DNA of 64,000 nucleotides from an uncultured virus (IMG/VR IMGVR_UViG_3300021961_000033). Lineage: Duplodnaviria; Heunggongvirae; Uroviricota; Caudoviricetes. Location: positions 1 through 64,000 of the IMG/VR virus record IMGVR_UViG_3300021961_000033; one strand, written 5' to 3'. Below, piece by piece: positions 1 to 9,689 of the stretch. The translations under genes were made by a program, and so were the position numbers. Below the pieces are notes generated by a model. It ran no database searches, was not told the origin of the DNA, and saw only the letters and a list, made by a program, of their open reading frames with translations. Every line of letters begins with the position of its first letter. Within the stretch, counting starts at the first letter, position 1.

Positions 1-967
1 CAGCAAGCTCCATTGCTTCGTTGCCATCAATGCCGTTTTCTTCTGCCCACTTCATAATGTAGTATGAACGCTGGCTTCCTGGAACTCTTGCAAATTTTGC
101 TACAATCTTGGGATCTGCTTTTGCTTCAGCAATGCCTGCAAGTTTTGCTAGACTCTCTGGTGATTGCCAGTAGTCGAATTCTTCTTGAGACATCCTTTCT
201 TCCCTTGCTGGTTTCTTCTTCTTTTCCATACTACTATGGCCAAAAGTTTTGTGCACTAAATCGTCTAGTGCAACATGGAATTCATCTTCCTCTTCTTTGG
301 AAGCGCCTTGATCTTTGCCTTCTATCATTGTGTCATCCAATCCAAGAGCTTTACTTAGTTCCCAACCGCCACCTATTCTTCTATCTATATAAGGCTTCAA
401 CATTCTAGCCAAACCCTCTAAAGACATAGCTCCCGCTCTTCGGTCCATATCATCTTCGTCGTATGCGTTGTACTTAATGCCTTCTTTTTTAATAATGTAA
501 CCAGGAAATCTTCTTTTCTTACCGAATTCTCCACCTGTTGCAACCCAGTTTAAGTCATCTTTAGGGACTCTTGCTTCATCAAGCTCAACTTCTTCCTCGT
601 TCATTCTCTTATTCATAGCACGTTTTGCCATGTTGTCTACCACTTCTTCAGGAGGAATGTCGCCCTGTGGTTCGCCTAGTGTTTCGCCGTCAGCTTCGTC
701 GCCTTGTCCTACAAATATGATTTCCTCATCATTGAATGTTTGTATAACATTCTTAAGTTCTGGATGAGCATTGTAGTATGCTTTTAAGCCAGCGTAGGAA
801 ATAGGCAGTCCAGCATTGCGTAACTGCATTAGGAAAAATGGAATACTGGTTTTAGCAACCTCATTATCTGCATCCATATCCTTACGCATAAGTTCTGCAA
901 CGCTCATTATAATGGCTGCGGGATTTTCGTCTGCTTCTTTTAGATAGTCTGCAAACAGTTTAGCCAC
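1..967 (-). CDS. Acidic virion head/internal protein (3' end runs off the window)
   Basis: Absent from the ORF track. Hand translation from GTG at 967 (VAKLFADYLKEADENP...) stays open to base 1 and overlaps the stop of the upstream gene. Carries L-x-E motifs and SLAKLAGIAEA. Confidence 0.75.
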   Translation of the reverse strand, partial: MAKLFADYLKEADENPAAIIMSVAELMRKDMDADNEVAKTSIPFFLMQLRNAGLPISYAGLKAYYNAHPELKNVIQTFNDEEIIFVGQGDEADGETLGEPQGDIPPEEVVDNMAKRAMNKRMNEEEVELDEARVPKDDLNWVATGGEFGKKRRFPGYIIKKEGIKYNAYDEDDMDRRAGAMSLEGLARMLKPYIDRRIGGGWELSKALGLDDTMIEGKDQGASKEEEDEFHVALDDLVHKTFGHSSMEKKKKPAREERMSQEEFDYWQSPESLAKLAGIAEAKADPKIVAKFARVPGSQRSYYIMKWAEENGIDGNEAMELA

Positions 968-1757
968 GGCGTTCTCTGCCTAGCTCTTCGTCACCTGCTT
1001 GTGCGGCATCAGCAGCACCAAAGTCTTCTTCAGCTGGCTGTTCCATGTCCATGTCAGTTGTTGGTTCCATTGCTGGTTCCTCTTCTGGACCCATCATTGC
1101 TGGTGGTGCTTCGCCTTGTAGGATTCTACTTGCTTGGTCAGCAGCGTCGCGACTTGCTCTCATATTTTCAAGTGCGCTAACTACTACCTGTTCCATTGCA
1201 ACTTTAAATTGGTCTGCAACGTCGGTACCCATCTCGTCTCTAATAGCATCTGTAAGAGGACCTAATTGTTCGTTTTGCATCTCGCCTAGATCTTCTACCA
1301 TAGCCTGGATCTTGTCTACCATGTCTTTAGCAGCAAGCACTAGTTCTGAATTTTCAAGTGTGCCTTCAGTAACAACTGATTCTTCTAATTCTAGTGCACT
1401 GATCCAGTTGCTGCCATTAGCATTATGACCGTCATGTTTGCAGTCACAACCTGGCTTTGGATTATCAAATTCACAACCACAATCTTTACAAACCTTACCA
1501 TGCACGCCATGGCCTTCTGCAATAAACTTGTCAATAGCTTCTAAGAAGAGTTTGTTTTGCAAATAACTTCTGTTATTGCCAATCTTAGCACCTAGTTTCT
1601 TTTCAATATGTGCTAGTTTGCCTGCAAAAGATTCACGTAACTTTACCGCCTTGTCGTGATTCAATTTGTCTAAATCAAGTGTGTAGCCAAATGTCTTGCC
1701 TGCAATTTGTGCTACCTTCTTAGCATTGGGAGCCGGAATAAGGTCGTCTAAATTCAT
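960..1757 (-). CDS. Conserved head-associated/scaffold-like protein with a Cys/His insert
   Basis: 265 aa; VLAAKDMVDKIQAMVEDLGEM helical domain, acidic tail, CKDCGC..CDCKH insert; TAAATA promoter at 1781-1786. Confidence 0.6.
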   Translation of the reverse strand: MNLDDLIPAPNAKKVAQIAGKTFGYTLDLDKLNHDKAVKLRESFAGKLAHIEKKLGAKIGNNRSYLQNKLFLEAIDKFIAEGHGVHGKVCKDCGCEFDNPKPGCDCKHDGHNANGSNWISALELEESVVTEGTLENSELVLAAKDMVDKIQAMVEDLGEMQNEQLGPLTDAIRDEMGTDVADQFKVAMEQVVVSALENMRASRDAADQASRILQGEAPPAMMGPEEEPAMEPTTDMDMEQPAEEDFGAADAAQAGDEELGRERRG

Positions 1758-1783
1758 TGTAATTTCCTCAACTATTATTGTAT

Positions 1784-2206
1784 TTATGCTATTTTTACGG
1801 ATTTCAAAGTTAGATCCAGCTCTCGTTTTGTGGACATGAGTTTAGGCTTGAGATCTGATAATCTATTAAATAGATTTATTTTTTTAATTTTGTCTTTTGT
1901 GTTCTTTACACCATTGCTGTACCAGAAATAATCTTCATAAAGTTTGCCTAAATTACTGTCAAGCCGTTGTATTTTACTAGCCAGGCTGGAATTTTTATTT
2001 TCTAAACAAACTGCATATGCTACAGCAGACTTTTTTCTAAAGAAATACTCAGCATTATCTAAAACAAAAAAGTCACCTTCTTGTTTTATTGTTTTATTAT
2101 TAACAAAGATCTTATCTGATTTTTGTAATATTTTTAATGTTGTATTGTTTTCGATTATTTTATTAAGGTTTTGACTTAGAGCTTCTTTGGTATGTAATTT
2201 GATCAT
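1784..2206 (-). CDS. Hypothetical protein
   Basis: 140-aa ORF packed within the late minus-strand cluster. Confidence 0.65.
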   Translation of the reverse strand: MIKLHTKEALSQNLNKIIENNTTLKILQKSDKIFVNNKTIKQEGDFFVLDNAEYFFRKKSAVAYAVCLENKNSSLASKIQRLDSNLGKLYEDYFWYSNGVKNTKDKIKKINLFNRLSDLKPKLMSTKRELDLTLKSVKIA

Positions 2207-2381
2207 TGATTCTTTTCCTTAATAGCAAATCTCGGTTTACAAGTCTGTTTGCTATCTCTGCTTCACGTTCTGATAACTTCTTTTTATACAAAACACCATT
2301 TGCGTCTACATGGTGCAACAAATCTTGCTCTTCATTTGTTATATAGGTACTTGGTCCCTTGGAAAATTCTAAAAATCTCAT
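2163..2381 (-). CDS. Small hypothetical protein (possible winged helix)
   Basis: 72 aa, MRFLEF start, LSEREAEIANRLVNRDLL. Confidence 0.65.
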   Translation of the reverse strand: MRFLEFSKGPSTYITNEEQDLLHHVDANGVLYKKKLSEREAEIANRLVNRDLLLRKRINDQITYQRSSKSKP

Positions 2382-2382
2382 A

Positions 2383-2676
2383 TCAACCCCTCTCTGGAGT
2401 TCCTATGATTCTAGGCGTGCCCTGTATGTCAACAATACTGCCAGGTGGTAGACTACGATCTTTTTCTGCTGGGCTTTTAGGCTGTCTAAATACTAGACCC
2501 TGTGGACTAAATTCTAATACCCAGCCTGTTACATCAATTTTAATAGGTTGGTCTCCACCCTGCGGCACTGCGGTTAACACATTGCCTTCATAATTAATCA
2601 CTTGGTAAGGGGATTCGTTGATAACAACATTACTGCCCTTTTTTAGTTTGGGAGTTAAAACTTCTAAAATTTTCAT
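2383..2676 (-). CDS. Hypothetical protein
   Basis: 97 aa, MKILEV start, ATGA overlap with the upstream gene. Confidence 0.65.
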   Translation of the reverse strand: MKILEVLTPKLKKGSNVVINESPYQVINYEGNVLTAVPQGGDQPIKIDVTGWVLEFSPQGLVFRQPKSPAEKDRSLPPGSIVDIQGTPRIIGTPERG

Positions 2677-2942
2677 CTGCTACTCCTATTAAGGGCTGCT
2701 ACTCTCTTACTAGCAGGATTAACCTTTTTGGTCCTTTTAGACTTTCTGATCATCTTGCTACCTAAACGCATTTTAGTCATCTTTAACTTAATACGCTTTT
2801 GTATGTCAGGTGCAGCAAAACACTGAGCAGGTTTAGCAACAATACGCCCTTTGCGTCTGCCACTAGAACAACGGAACTTACGGACAACTGTATTGCCACG
2901 CTTTGCCCACGCCATAGCTTCTGTAATTTCGCTCGTTAACAT
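2673..2942 (-). CDS. Small basic (K/R-rich) virion or nucleic-acid-binding protein
   Basis: Likely start MLTSEITEA at 2942, 5 nt after a TAAATA box; FRCSSGRRKGRIVAKPAQC motif. Confidence 0.65.
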   Translation of the reverse strand: MLTSEITEAMAWAKRGNTVVRKFRCSSGRRKGRIVAKPAQCFAAPDIQKRIKLKMTKMRLGSKMIRKSKRTKKVNPASKRVAALNRSSR

Positions 2943-2962
2943 ATATGTATTTATGAGTTTTA

Positions 2963-3211
2963 TTAAAGGACTTTTAAAAGTAAAACGCCTACTGCCGCAG
3001 CAAGTGCAGCAATAATACCTGCACCCCAAGCCATTACTTGCTTGTTGCGTCCTTCTTCCATTTTGCTAATACTAGTAGCGATGTGAGTTAGTGTCTTGTC
3101 TTGTTTGTCAAGACGAAGATTTACTGCATCGAGTTTATCGTGCAATGCTTTATACCTTTCAGAGCACAACTCTACGTGTGCTTCTAAACTTTCTTTTTCA
3201 ATGTCTGCCAT
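2963..3211 (-). CDS. Coiled-coil protein with a C-terminal TM helix (XhlA/holin-like architecture)
   Basis: 82 aa: hydrophilic heptad region followed by WGAGIIAALAAAVGVLLLKVL. Confidence 0.6.
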   Translation of the reverse strand: MADIEKESLEAHVELCSERYKALHDKLDAVNLRLDKQDKTLTHIATSISKMEEGRNKQVMAWGAGIIAALAAAVGVLLLKVL

Positions 3212-3311
3212 TGATTACGGTCTCACCAACTCCTTTGGGTGATGCTTGATTGTATGCCTATTTTTTTGCCTATAATGAGCCTAGTTGTGCCTAATGCATC
3301 ATACATATTTA
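3212..3311 (-). promoter_or_regulatory. Late promoter plus leader with four UAGGC repeats and alternative hairpins
   Basis: TAAATA at 3311-3306; TAGGC copies at 3293, 3283, 3272 and 3260; UGAUGC/GCAUCA stem; AGGAG-loop hairpin at 3223-3242. Confidence 0.6.
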
Positions 3312-3312
3312 G

Positions 3313-3780
3313 TTACCGCCTAGTCTCACATATTAATAGCACATTTTGTAGTTTAGGGGATATACTAAACACAGGTGGTTGTAGTACTGCATTTTCTGTT
3401 AATCCAGTTATAACAGGCACATTTTCAAACGCATTAAGTAAATTTTTACCGTCAAATTTTTCATGTAAATCAAAAACACCTTCACGCTCTATACCAAAAC
3501 GCCACAACCACACATTTAAATCTGCAAGCATTTCCTGAGTAAAGTCATGGACCTCGCCCCATACCGTGCCTGTGTCTTTAAACCGTCTATGTACTTTACC
3601 CCACTTGTAACTAGAAGGAGGCCCTATTCCAAAAGGCTGTGTTAGCATACCTATTACTTGCTGAACAGTTTCGAAATTACGTTGTTGATTTCTTAATAGT
3701 CCGGTGCCTCTGGTATGTCCAGTTTCTGTAATGTCAACCAGTGTGAGCAGGTGCCATATTTCTTCATACTGTAACGGCAT
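3313..3780 (-). CDS. Conserved hypothetical virion protein
   Basis: 155 aa; TLVDITETG...RNQQRNFETVQQVIG and VPVITGLTE motifs. Confidence 0.6.
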   Translation of the reverse strand: MPLQYEEIWHLLTLVDITETGHTRGTGLLRNQQRNFETVQQVIGMLTQPFGIGPPSSYKWGKVHRRFKDTGTVWGEVHDFTQEMLADLNVWLWRFGIEREGVFDLHEKFDGKNLLNAFENVPVITGLTENAVLQPPVFSISPKLQNVLLICETRR

Positions 3781-4183
3781 TGTGTAGTGGATCCTTGTCT
3801 CTTAAATATACACCTAGCTCGATTAACTGTGCCTGGCCTTTGCATTCTATACAATCAACACTATTATACGACATAAACTTAAGACATTTCAATCTGTTTG
3901 TGCCCATATACACGCCCCATATCATACCATCTTCATTTACTTGGGGAGGATTTATATGCGTCCACATTTCGTGTGAACCTTTGCGTTTGTAGAAACTTGT
4001 GTTCCACCAGTCTAGTGTACATTTATAATATAGTAATGGATACCACAAACCGTCATCCATTATGCGTGGCAAATCTCGCCAGTACCAACGGTTATCTGCA
4101 TGCCAACTCATTGGACTTAGTTTATCGATATCTACTTTATGTATGCCAGGATGATCCTGCCATACGCTTGAACAATGTCTCAT
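3764..4183 (-). CDS. ParB/Srx-like hypothetical protein
   Basis: Probable start MRHCSS at 4183; GLWYPL...VYMGTNRL resembles the ParB G-x-x-R motif. Confidence 0.4.
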   Translation of the reverse strand: MRHCSSVWQDHPGIHKVDIDKLSPMSWHADNRWYWRDLPRIMDDGLWYPLLYYKCTLDWWNTSFYKRKGSHEMWTHINPPQVNEDGMIWGVYMGTNRLKCLKFMSYNSVDCIECKGQAQLIELGVYLRDKDPLHNAVTV

Positions 4184-4204
4184 ATTATTATGTATGTAGA
4201 ATAA

Positions 4205-4234
4205 AAAAGGGCGATGTAAAAACACCGCCCTTTT
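4205..4234 (-). terminator. Intrinsic terminator
   Basis: aaaagggcg...cgccctttt inverted repeat downstream of 4254..4559. Confidence 0.75.
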
Positions 4235-4253
4235 AACAGTTTATTTTTAAACC

Positions 4254-4559
4254 TTAGAGAAGGTTGTCAAAGTATGCAACAACTGCCGCTGTTACACCTG
4301 TTGTGCCTTCACCGAAGTCTGAACCTGCTGCTGGAGCAGGACCTTCTGAAAGTACATAAACAACATCACTAACACCAGCGTTAAAGCCACCTGCTGTGTC
4401 GTCACCGATACCGATAACTGTTGCTGTCTTCTGAATGAACTGGATTGCTGCGTCGAGCTCGTCCTGTGTCATGTTGCTCTTTGAGAGACTTGTTAGGGCT
4501 ACCTGACGGTCACCGCTATATGTTTGTGCGTTTCTTACGCCTTCACTTAAATCAGCCAT
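4254..4559 (-). CDS. Small acidic Gly/Ala-rich structural (capsid decoration-like) protein
   Basis: 101 aa, own RBS, followed by a terminator. Confidence 0.5.
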   Translation of the reverse strand: MADLSEGVRNAQTYSGDRQVALTSLSKSNMTQDELDAAIQFIQKTATVIGIGDDTAGGFNAGVSDVVYVLSEGPAPAAGSDFGEGTTGVTAAVVAYFDNLL

Positions 4560-4579
4560 TTGAACTGTTCCCTTTTATA

Positions 4580-5008
4580 TTATACTAGCTCGAAGCCAGG
4601 ATCTGTTACATCGCTGCTTGAGCAGTCGAGGTTGTTAGCGCCAGCAGCACTTAATGTACGAACTGCTGTTTGAAGTGTTGATGCTGTATAAGCACCTGCT
4701 GGGTAAATAGCAACACTAATTTGACCACTTGTGTCGCCCTCAACTTGGTAAATTTCAATGTTACCCTTAAGACCAATGTGACGTAGAATTGCTTCTACAC
4801 CTTCACCTGCGTCTAATTCGTTGCGTAGATCCTCTACGTTACCTGATACATCCTTAACAATGATCTTAAAGAAGTCTAACTGTGGACCATTAAGAATTAC
4901 TGTTTCGTCTGCACTAATTGCACCGCTACCGGCTTCGCCGCGGTCATTGGCTACAACGCCAAAAGCATTACCGTGAACTCTGGTAATTTCTGCCATTTCT
5001 TTCTCCAT
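4580..5008 (-). CDS. Structural (capsid decoration-like) protein
   Basis: MAEITRVHG N-terminus (the GGAG suggests the second Met is the start); TAAATA at 5034-5039. Confidence 0.55.
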   Translation of the reverse strand: MEKEMAEITRVHGNAFGVVANDRGEAGSGAISADETVILNGPQLDFFKIIVKDVSGNVEDLRNELDAGEGVEAILRHIGLKGNIEIYQVEGDTSGQISVAIYPAGAYTASTLQTAVRTLSAAGANNLDCSSSDVTDPGFELV

Positions 5009-5058
5009 TGCCCGATCATTTCGAGCTTACTGATATTTATCACGGAAAAGTAAAAGTT

Positions 5059-5733
5059 TTAGTCTAGAGCTCTAGAAATTGCATATCCAGCAGCAAAACC
5101 GCCTACAGTAGCAATAGCAGTCTTTGCAGCCAAACTCATTCCTGGCTTTTCTGTGTCAGGAAGTAGTTTATTGTTTTTAATTGTTTTAGCATATGGACTA
5201 AACATATCACTGCGATATTGGCCATCTTGTCTAAATGCATTTACCATTCTAGCACTTACATTAGTACGCTCACTGCCACTAGCCGCAGTATAATCACTCA
5301 TCATGCGTCTTGCCTGGTTGAGTAGACCATTTTTTATGCCTAGATTTTTTTGCATTTTATAAAAGAATGCACGGTCTTGAGCGGGCATATATTTGCCATC
5401 TTTAATATTGCGAAGGTAGCGTTTAAATCCTAGTTCGTCAAATTGTAAGCCACTTGTGCCCATTTTGTCTGCAAATCTAGTTGGATTATTAAGTATGCTT
5501 GCTAGATTGTGCAAATCAGTTGCGCCAGTTCTAACATTGTTAAAGCTCATGTAGCGTAACGTATCACTAGCATACTTCTGAGCATATGCTGGATTTTCAA
5601 AACGCATTTGTTGTAGAACTAATAAATGTTCAAAGAAACTTTCAGCAATACCTTGATCACTACGGCCTACTGTGTCGCGAGGAGATCTAATATACTTTGC
5701 TTCTGTTAATTCTTCTTTTAAAAATTCAAACAT
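5059..5733 (-). CDS. Putative virion internal protein
   Basis: 224 aa; MFEFLKEELTEA propeptide-like start; RTGATDLHN motif; hydrophobic C-terminal helix. Confidence 0.55.
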   Translation of the reverse strand: MFEFLKEELTEAKYIRSPRDTVGRSDQGIAESFFEHLLVLQQMRFENPAYAQKYASDTLRYMSFNNVRTGATDLHNLASILNNPTRFADKMGTSGLQFDELGFKRYLRNIKDGKYMPAQDRAFFYKMQKNLGIKNGLLNQARRMMSDYTAASGSERTNVSARMVNAFRQDGQYRSDMFSPYAKTIKNNKLLPDTEKPGMSLAAKTAIATVGGFAAGYAISRALD

Positions 5734-6981
5734 TTACCATTCCTTGGCAAGCATAAAGTTAGCACGGTTAAATTCCAATCTATCGTTGAATTTAACTGCA
5801 CCACCTTCATGGCCTATTGCCACATAGCCTTCAGGATTAGTAACCTTATAACCAGTATCAGTTTTAAGGAAAGTACCAATACCCTCTACCGTATTTAGTT
5901 TGCTTATTAGGGATAGTTTAGCACCAATTAATTGTCTATAAATGTCAAGCATACTAACAAGTGTACTGAAGTTATCTTTAACAAAGTCGTTCATGGCATT
6001 TATCTTTTCCATGCGACGTTGGCCTGCTGGTGAATCTGCGCCACCTTTTAGTTTCTCTACTTCTTTTTGCATACGGTCTTTATAAAATTGAAGGAATCCA
6101 TTTATAAATGCTTTAGGATCGCCTACCATTTCACCGCTACGCACTCGGCTGTTCATAAAAATATTAAGCATAGCACTTATGTCAGGTTCATTTAAGAACT
6201 TGTCAAAAGTAGCAGGATCTGTCTTTTTAAGTTGGTTGCTAATACCCTGTACCTTGGCTAGCATTTCCTTATTTTCAGCATCAGTTAGTGTGGCTGTGCC
6301 AGTATAATCTTTGTAGTAAGCATCCTCAACCCAAACATCTGAGCTGCCTTTTAAACTGCTTACATCAGCACCAAACTCTGCCTGCATGTCTGCTACACTA
6401 GGGCCTGAGTATGTTGTATGGAATACTACACCTAGTTTAGCACGTTTAATACGATTTGCTAAGTCTGTTCCATCTTTTACAGCATATGTAATTGTGTTAG
6501 GTCTAAAAGTAATATAACTTTCACCATCTATTTCAGATGTTTCAGGAGGCCTTAGTGGGCTAAACAATAGGTCGCCCTGTAGCACACCCTGTATGCCTAA
6601 CTTTTTTAAATAGGTAAAACTTTGTCCCAGTATATCGTGTAATGCTGTACCAGCATAATACTCGTCTAAACTTGCTTTGTCTTTAACTAATTTAGGAGAC
6701 TGAGCAAACACGCTCTTGGTGCCAACAAAAAACTTACCATCTGCCGGATCTGTGCCAGCAAATATAGCAGGTGCACCGTCCCATTTTACTGTTACTTTCT
6801 GCTTGCCGCCACCCTGTGCTAGCATGTCACGCACACCGTTTACATACTGTAGAGCTTTTTGTGCACCAGCATAGCCTTCATCAAACACTAGGTCTTCTAG
6901 ATGAGTTAAGTGGACATTCTTGCCCTCTTTACCCTCAACAAGATACCATGCTTGAGTGAATGCTACTTCATTTATTTTCAT
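5734..6981 (-). CDS. DUF6267-like protein with ligase-type KxDG motif
   Basis: HLTHLEDL, VTVKWDGAPAIFAG, FFVGTKS, LQGDLL, PEGYVA motifs. Confidence 0.6.
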   Translation of the reverse strand: MKINEVAFTQAWYLVEGKEGKNVHLTHLEDLVFDEGYAGAQKALQYVNGVRDMLAQGGGKQKVTVKWDGAPAIFAGTDPADGKFFVGTKSVFAQSPKLVKDKASLDEYYAGTALHDILGQSFTYLKKLGIQGVLQGDLLFSPLRPPETSEIDGESYITFRPNTITYAVKDGTDLANRIKRAKLGVVFHTTYSGPSVADMQAEFGADVSSLKGSSDVWVEDAYYKDYTGTATLTDAENKEMLAKVQGISNQLKKTDPATFDKFLNEPDISAMLNIFMNSRVRSGEMVGDPKAFINGFLQFYKDRMQKEVEKLKGGADSPAGQRRMEKINAMNDFVKDNFSTLVSMLDIYRQLIGAKLSLISKLNTVEGIGTFLKTDTGYKVTNPEGYVAIGHEGGAVKFNDRLEFNRANFMLAKEW

Positions 6982-7222
6982 CTGTGTCTGCTCGCTTCAT
7001 GCCCACTATAAAACGCTTGGTGTCACGATTGCGAATACTGTTAATAAATCTGCGCTCAAGATCGCCGGCAGTTTCAGCGTCGTAGTTTCTATAGATTTCT
7101 TCAATAATATTAATTGCACTTTCAATAATATTCTCGCCGCGAGTTTCAATAAGATGCTGACGATCTTTCTTATGAGCTGCTAAACTGAGCTCCTGCAATA
7201 TACTGCGGGTATGCTTTTTCAT
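6968..7222 (-). CDS. Conserved hypothetical protein
   Basis: 84 aa, TRSILQEL; TAAATA at 7244-7249. Confidence 0.65.
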   Translation of the reverse strand: MKKHTRSILQELSLAAHKKDRQHLIETRGENIIESAINIIEEIYRNYDAETAGDLERRFINSIRNRDTKRFIVGMKRADTDENK

Positions 7223-7283
7223 TCTACTACGCCTATTTTCATGTATTTATGTTAAATATTATTATAACAAAGGGAGAAGAGCA

Positions 7284-8057
7284 ATGTCTATCACTGAGCA
7301 GAATTTTCAAGAAAGAAGCCTTTTATTTGCAAAACTTGCACAAATAGCATATCTAGACGAGAAAGGCGCCAAAGCCGCTGCAAAAGTTCTAGGATTTACA
7401 ACAACAAAATTTTATAACAGAGATGGCGCACAGGCATATCGTTTTCAAAACAAAGACGATTGTGTTATTGCATGCAGAGGCACACAGCCAACAGAACTTA
7501 ACGACATTAAAGCAGACTTACAGGCAATGCCAGTTGTAGCAGAGACAGTTAGCCGTGTACACCGTGGCTTCAAAGCAGAGGTAGACGAACTTTGGCCAAT
7601 GGTGCTTGAAGATATTCAGAAAACAAAACAAAAACTATGGTTTTGCGGCCACAGTTTAGGTGCAGCAATGGCAACTATTATGGCTAGCCGCTGTCACTTA
7701 TACGAAGGTATTCCAGCAGTAGAAGAACTATACACATATGGGTCACCTAGAGTAGGTTGGAAAAAATATGTAGATAGTTTGGCAGTTACACACCATCGCT
7801 GGGTAAACAATAACGACATTGTTACTCGTGTACCGTTGAGAATTATGGGTTATAGACACCATGGCGAGCAGCACTACTTAAACACCTGGGGTAATGTTCG
7901 TAACCCAACTGGTTTCCAGATGGTTAAGGACAGATTCCGCGGCATGTGGAGAGGTCTACTAGCAGGTAAGATTGATAACTTCGGTGACCATAGTATGGTT
8001 GAATATGTTAAACATCTTGAGAAATATGCTAGAGGAATGGAAACTCTTCAGATATAA
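7284..8057 (+). CDS. Class 3 lipase (alpha/beta hydrolase)
   Basis: IACRGT, VHRGF, GHSLG nucleophile elbow, TYGSPRVG, NDIVTRVP, DH. Confidence 0.92.
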   Translation: MSITEQNFQERSLLFAKLAQIAYLDEKGAKAAAKVLGFTTTKFYNRDGAQAYRFQNKDDCVIACRGTQPTELNDIKADLQAMPVVAETVSRVHRGFKAEVDELWPMVLEDIQKTKQKLWFCGHSLGAAMATIMASRCHLYEGIPAVEELYTYGSPRVGWKKYVDSLAVTHHRWVNNNDIVTRVPLRIMGYRHHGEQHYLNTWGNVRNPTGFQMVKDRFRGMWRGLLAGKIDNFGDHSMVEYVKHLEKYARGMETLQI

Positions 8058-8058
8058 G

Positions 8059-8086
8059 TTGACTTAATATTGGCATCCGTTATATT
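8059..8086 (+). promoter_or_regulatory. Sigma70-type promoter
   Basis: TTGACT-16 bp-TATATT. Confidence 0.55.
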
Positions 8087-8095
8087 ATTATAATA

Positions 8096-8713
8096 ATGAA
8101 AATACTTATCATAGGTGATAGTTATGCGGCTGATTGGTCGGTAAAGTATAACGATGATTCAGGCTGGCCAAATCTGATAGCTAAACAACACACAGTTACA
8201 AATCTTGCACAAGCTGGCGTTGGTGAATATAAAATCCTACAACAAATTGAATCTGTTAAAAATATCAGCGACTACGATTGTGTTATTGTTAGCCACACTT
8301 CGCCATTGAGAGTTAATACAAAAAAACATCCAGTACACTATAGTGATAAACTACACCATAATGCAGACTTAATGTTAGCTGATATTGAGTATCATTACAC
8401 AAGATGGTGGAATCTTCTGAATCCATTTAATACTGCATTAAGAACTGCAAGAAACTTTTTCTTTTATCATTTTGATGAACAGTATCAAAATAATATTTAC
8501 AGGCTGCTCCGCAAAGAAATTAATCTTAAGATTGGCGCAGTACCTTGCGTTGTAGTAAATAATCTAAACGTAGATCCACAATTTATAACCGAAGATCATG
8601 CAATCAACTTAGTTAAAATACAAAAAAAATATCCTGGACTTATCAATCATTTGTCTACACAAGGCAACGCTTTAGTATTTGATATGGTCAGTAATAAACT
8701 TAAATCAATATGA
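8096..8713 (+). CDS. SGNH/GDSL hydrolase-like protein
   Basis: IIGDSY block I, NLAQAGVG block II, C-terminal NHLS. Confidence 0.8.
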   Translation: MKILIIGDSYAADWSVKYNDDSGWPNLIAKQHTVTNLAQAGVGEYKILQQIESVKNISDYDCVIVSHTSPLRVNTKKHPVHYSDKLHHNADLMLADIEYHYTRWWNLLNPFNTALRTARNFFFYHFDEQYQNNIYRLLRKEINLKIGAVPCVVVNNLNVDPQFITEDHAINLVKIQKKYPGLINHLSTQGNALVFDMVSNKLKSI

Positions 8714-9351
8714 AACAGATACCCAACTTTTTTACCCAAGAAGAATGCGAATGGTTTTTATGGTACGACTCAGTGCTTCCTAAAGAGTTAAGTCGTAACA
8801 ACGGCCTTCGTTATCAAACAATGTGCCACTATGCACAGCCTTTTTTTGCTCATAAACTTGAACAACTGCAAGCGAAACTACCTGATAATGAAGTTATTAC
8901 TACTGTAAATATCAATAGTGATTATGGTGCAGGTGGCGTACATAGTGATGGCTATATTGAACATGACAAAAATGACAATATAGCTACTAGTTATCTTATT
9001 CCGTTAACGCACGTAGATGAGGAATCCTATTATACACTGATTTTTGATCAAAGCAGTGACCGAGCTGTTTCGTTTAATGCTGAAACAGGTTTAGGAAATA
9101 AAGGTGTTACTACTTATAAACAAACTACTAGAGAAGAATACGGTCTAGACAACACACCATTTGACAAAACTGATTACACGTACCTTACACATTTAGACTA
9201 TAATAAATTATCAGGGTTTACTGTAGACTTTATACATCATTGGACTTTGGGTACAGCAATGACTTGGCCTAGAAACCGTTTTCACGTAAGTGCAAACTTT
9301 AGTGGTAAGTATCCTCGCAGAAGTGTTTTAATATTAACGAGATATAAATGA
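8710..9351 (+). CDS. 2OG-Fe(II) oxygenase-like protein
   Basis: IPNFFTQEEC start, HSD, distal FH..., terminal R-x-S. Confidence 0.6.
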   Translation: MKQIPNFFTQEECEWFLWYDSVLPKELSRNNGLRYQTMCHYAQPFFAHKLEQLQAKLPDNEVITTVNINSDYGAGGVHSDGYIEHDKNDNIATSYLIPLTHVDEESYYTLIFDQSSDRAVSFNAETGLGNKGVTTYKQTTREEYGLDNTPFDKTDYTYLTHLDYNKLSGFTVDFIHHWTLGTAMTWPRNRFHVSANFSGKYPRRSVLILTRYK

Positions 9352-9656
9352 TAGAATTTGAATTTGAAACTATAGGTCCATTTTATATAAAGCGTGAAGA
9401 AATATCACCTACTGAAGTAAAATTACATTTTTACGGAAAAAATTATAGAACACACTCTGATAGTTATATCAAAATAAACACTATCAGGTATAAAGATTTA
9501 ATATTATCTGAACTGTTTCAATACAGTACCATGACAACAGATAATAAAGACTATGCATATTTGACAAATGTTGATTATGTAACATTTAATGGCACTTGGC
9601 ATATTAAGTTTTCAGATGACGATGTGCGCCAAATCCTAAAAAAGAAACTATTATAA
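9348..9656 (+). CDS. Hypothetical protein
   Basis: 102 aa, overlaps the upstream stop. Confidence 0.6.
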   Translation: MIEFEFETIGPFYIKREEISPTEVKLHFYGKNYRTHSDSYIKINTIRYKDLILSELFQYSTMTTDNKDYAYLTNVDYVTFNGTWHIKFSDDDVRQILKKKLL

Positions 9657-9689
9657 ATCAAAAAAATTAAATTTGTTGGCCTTGATTGC

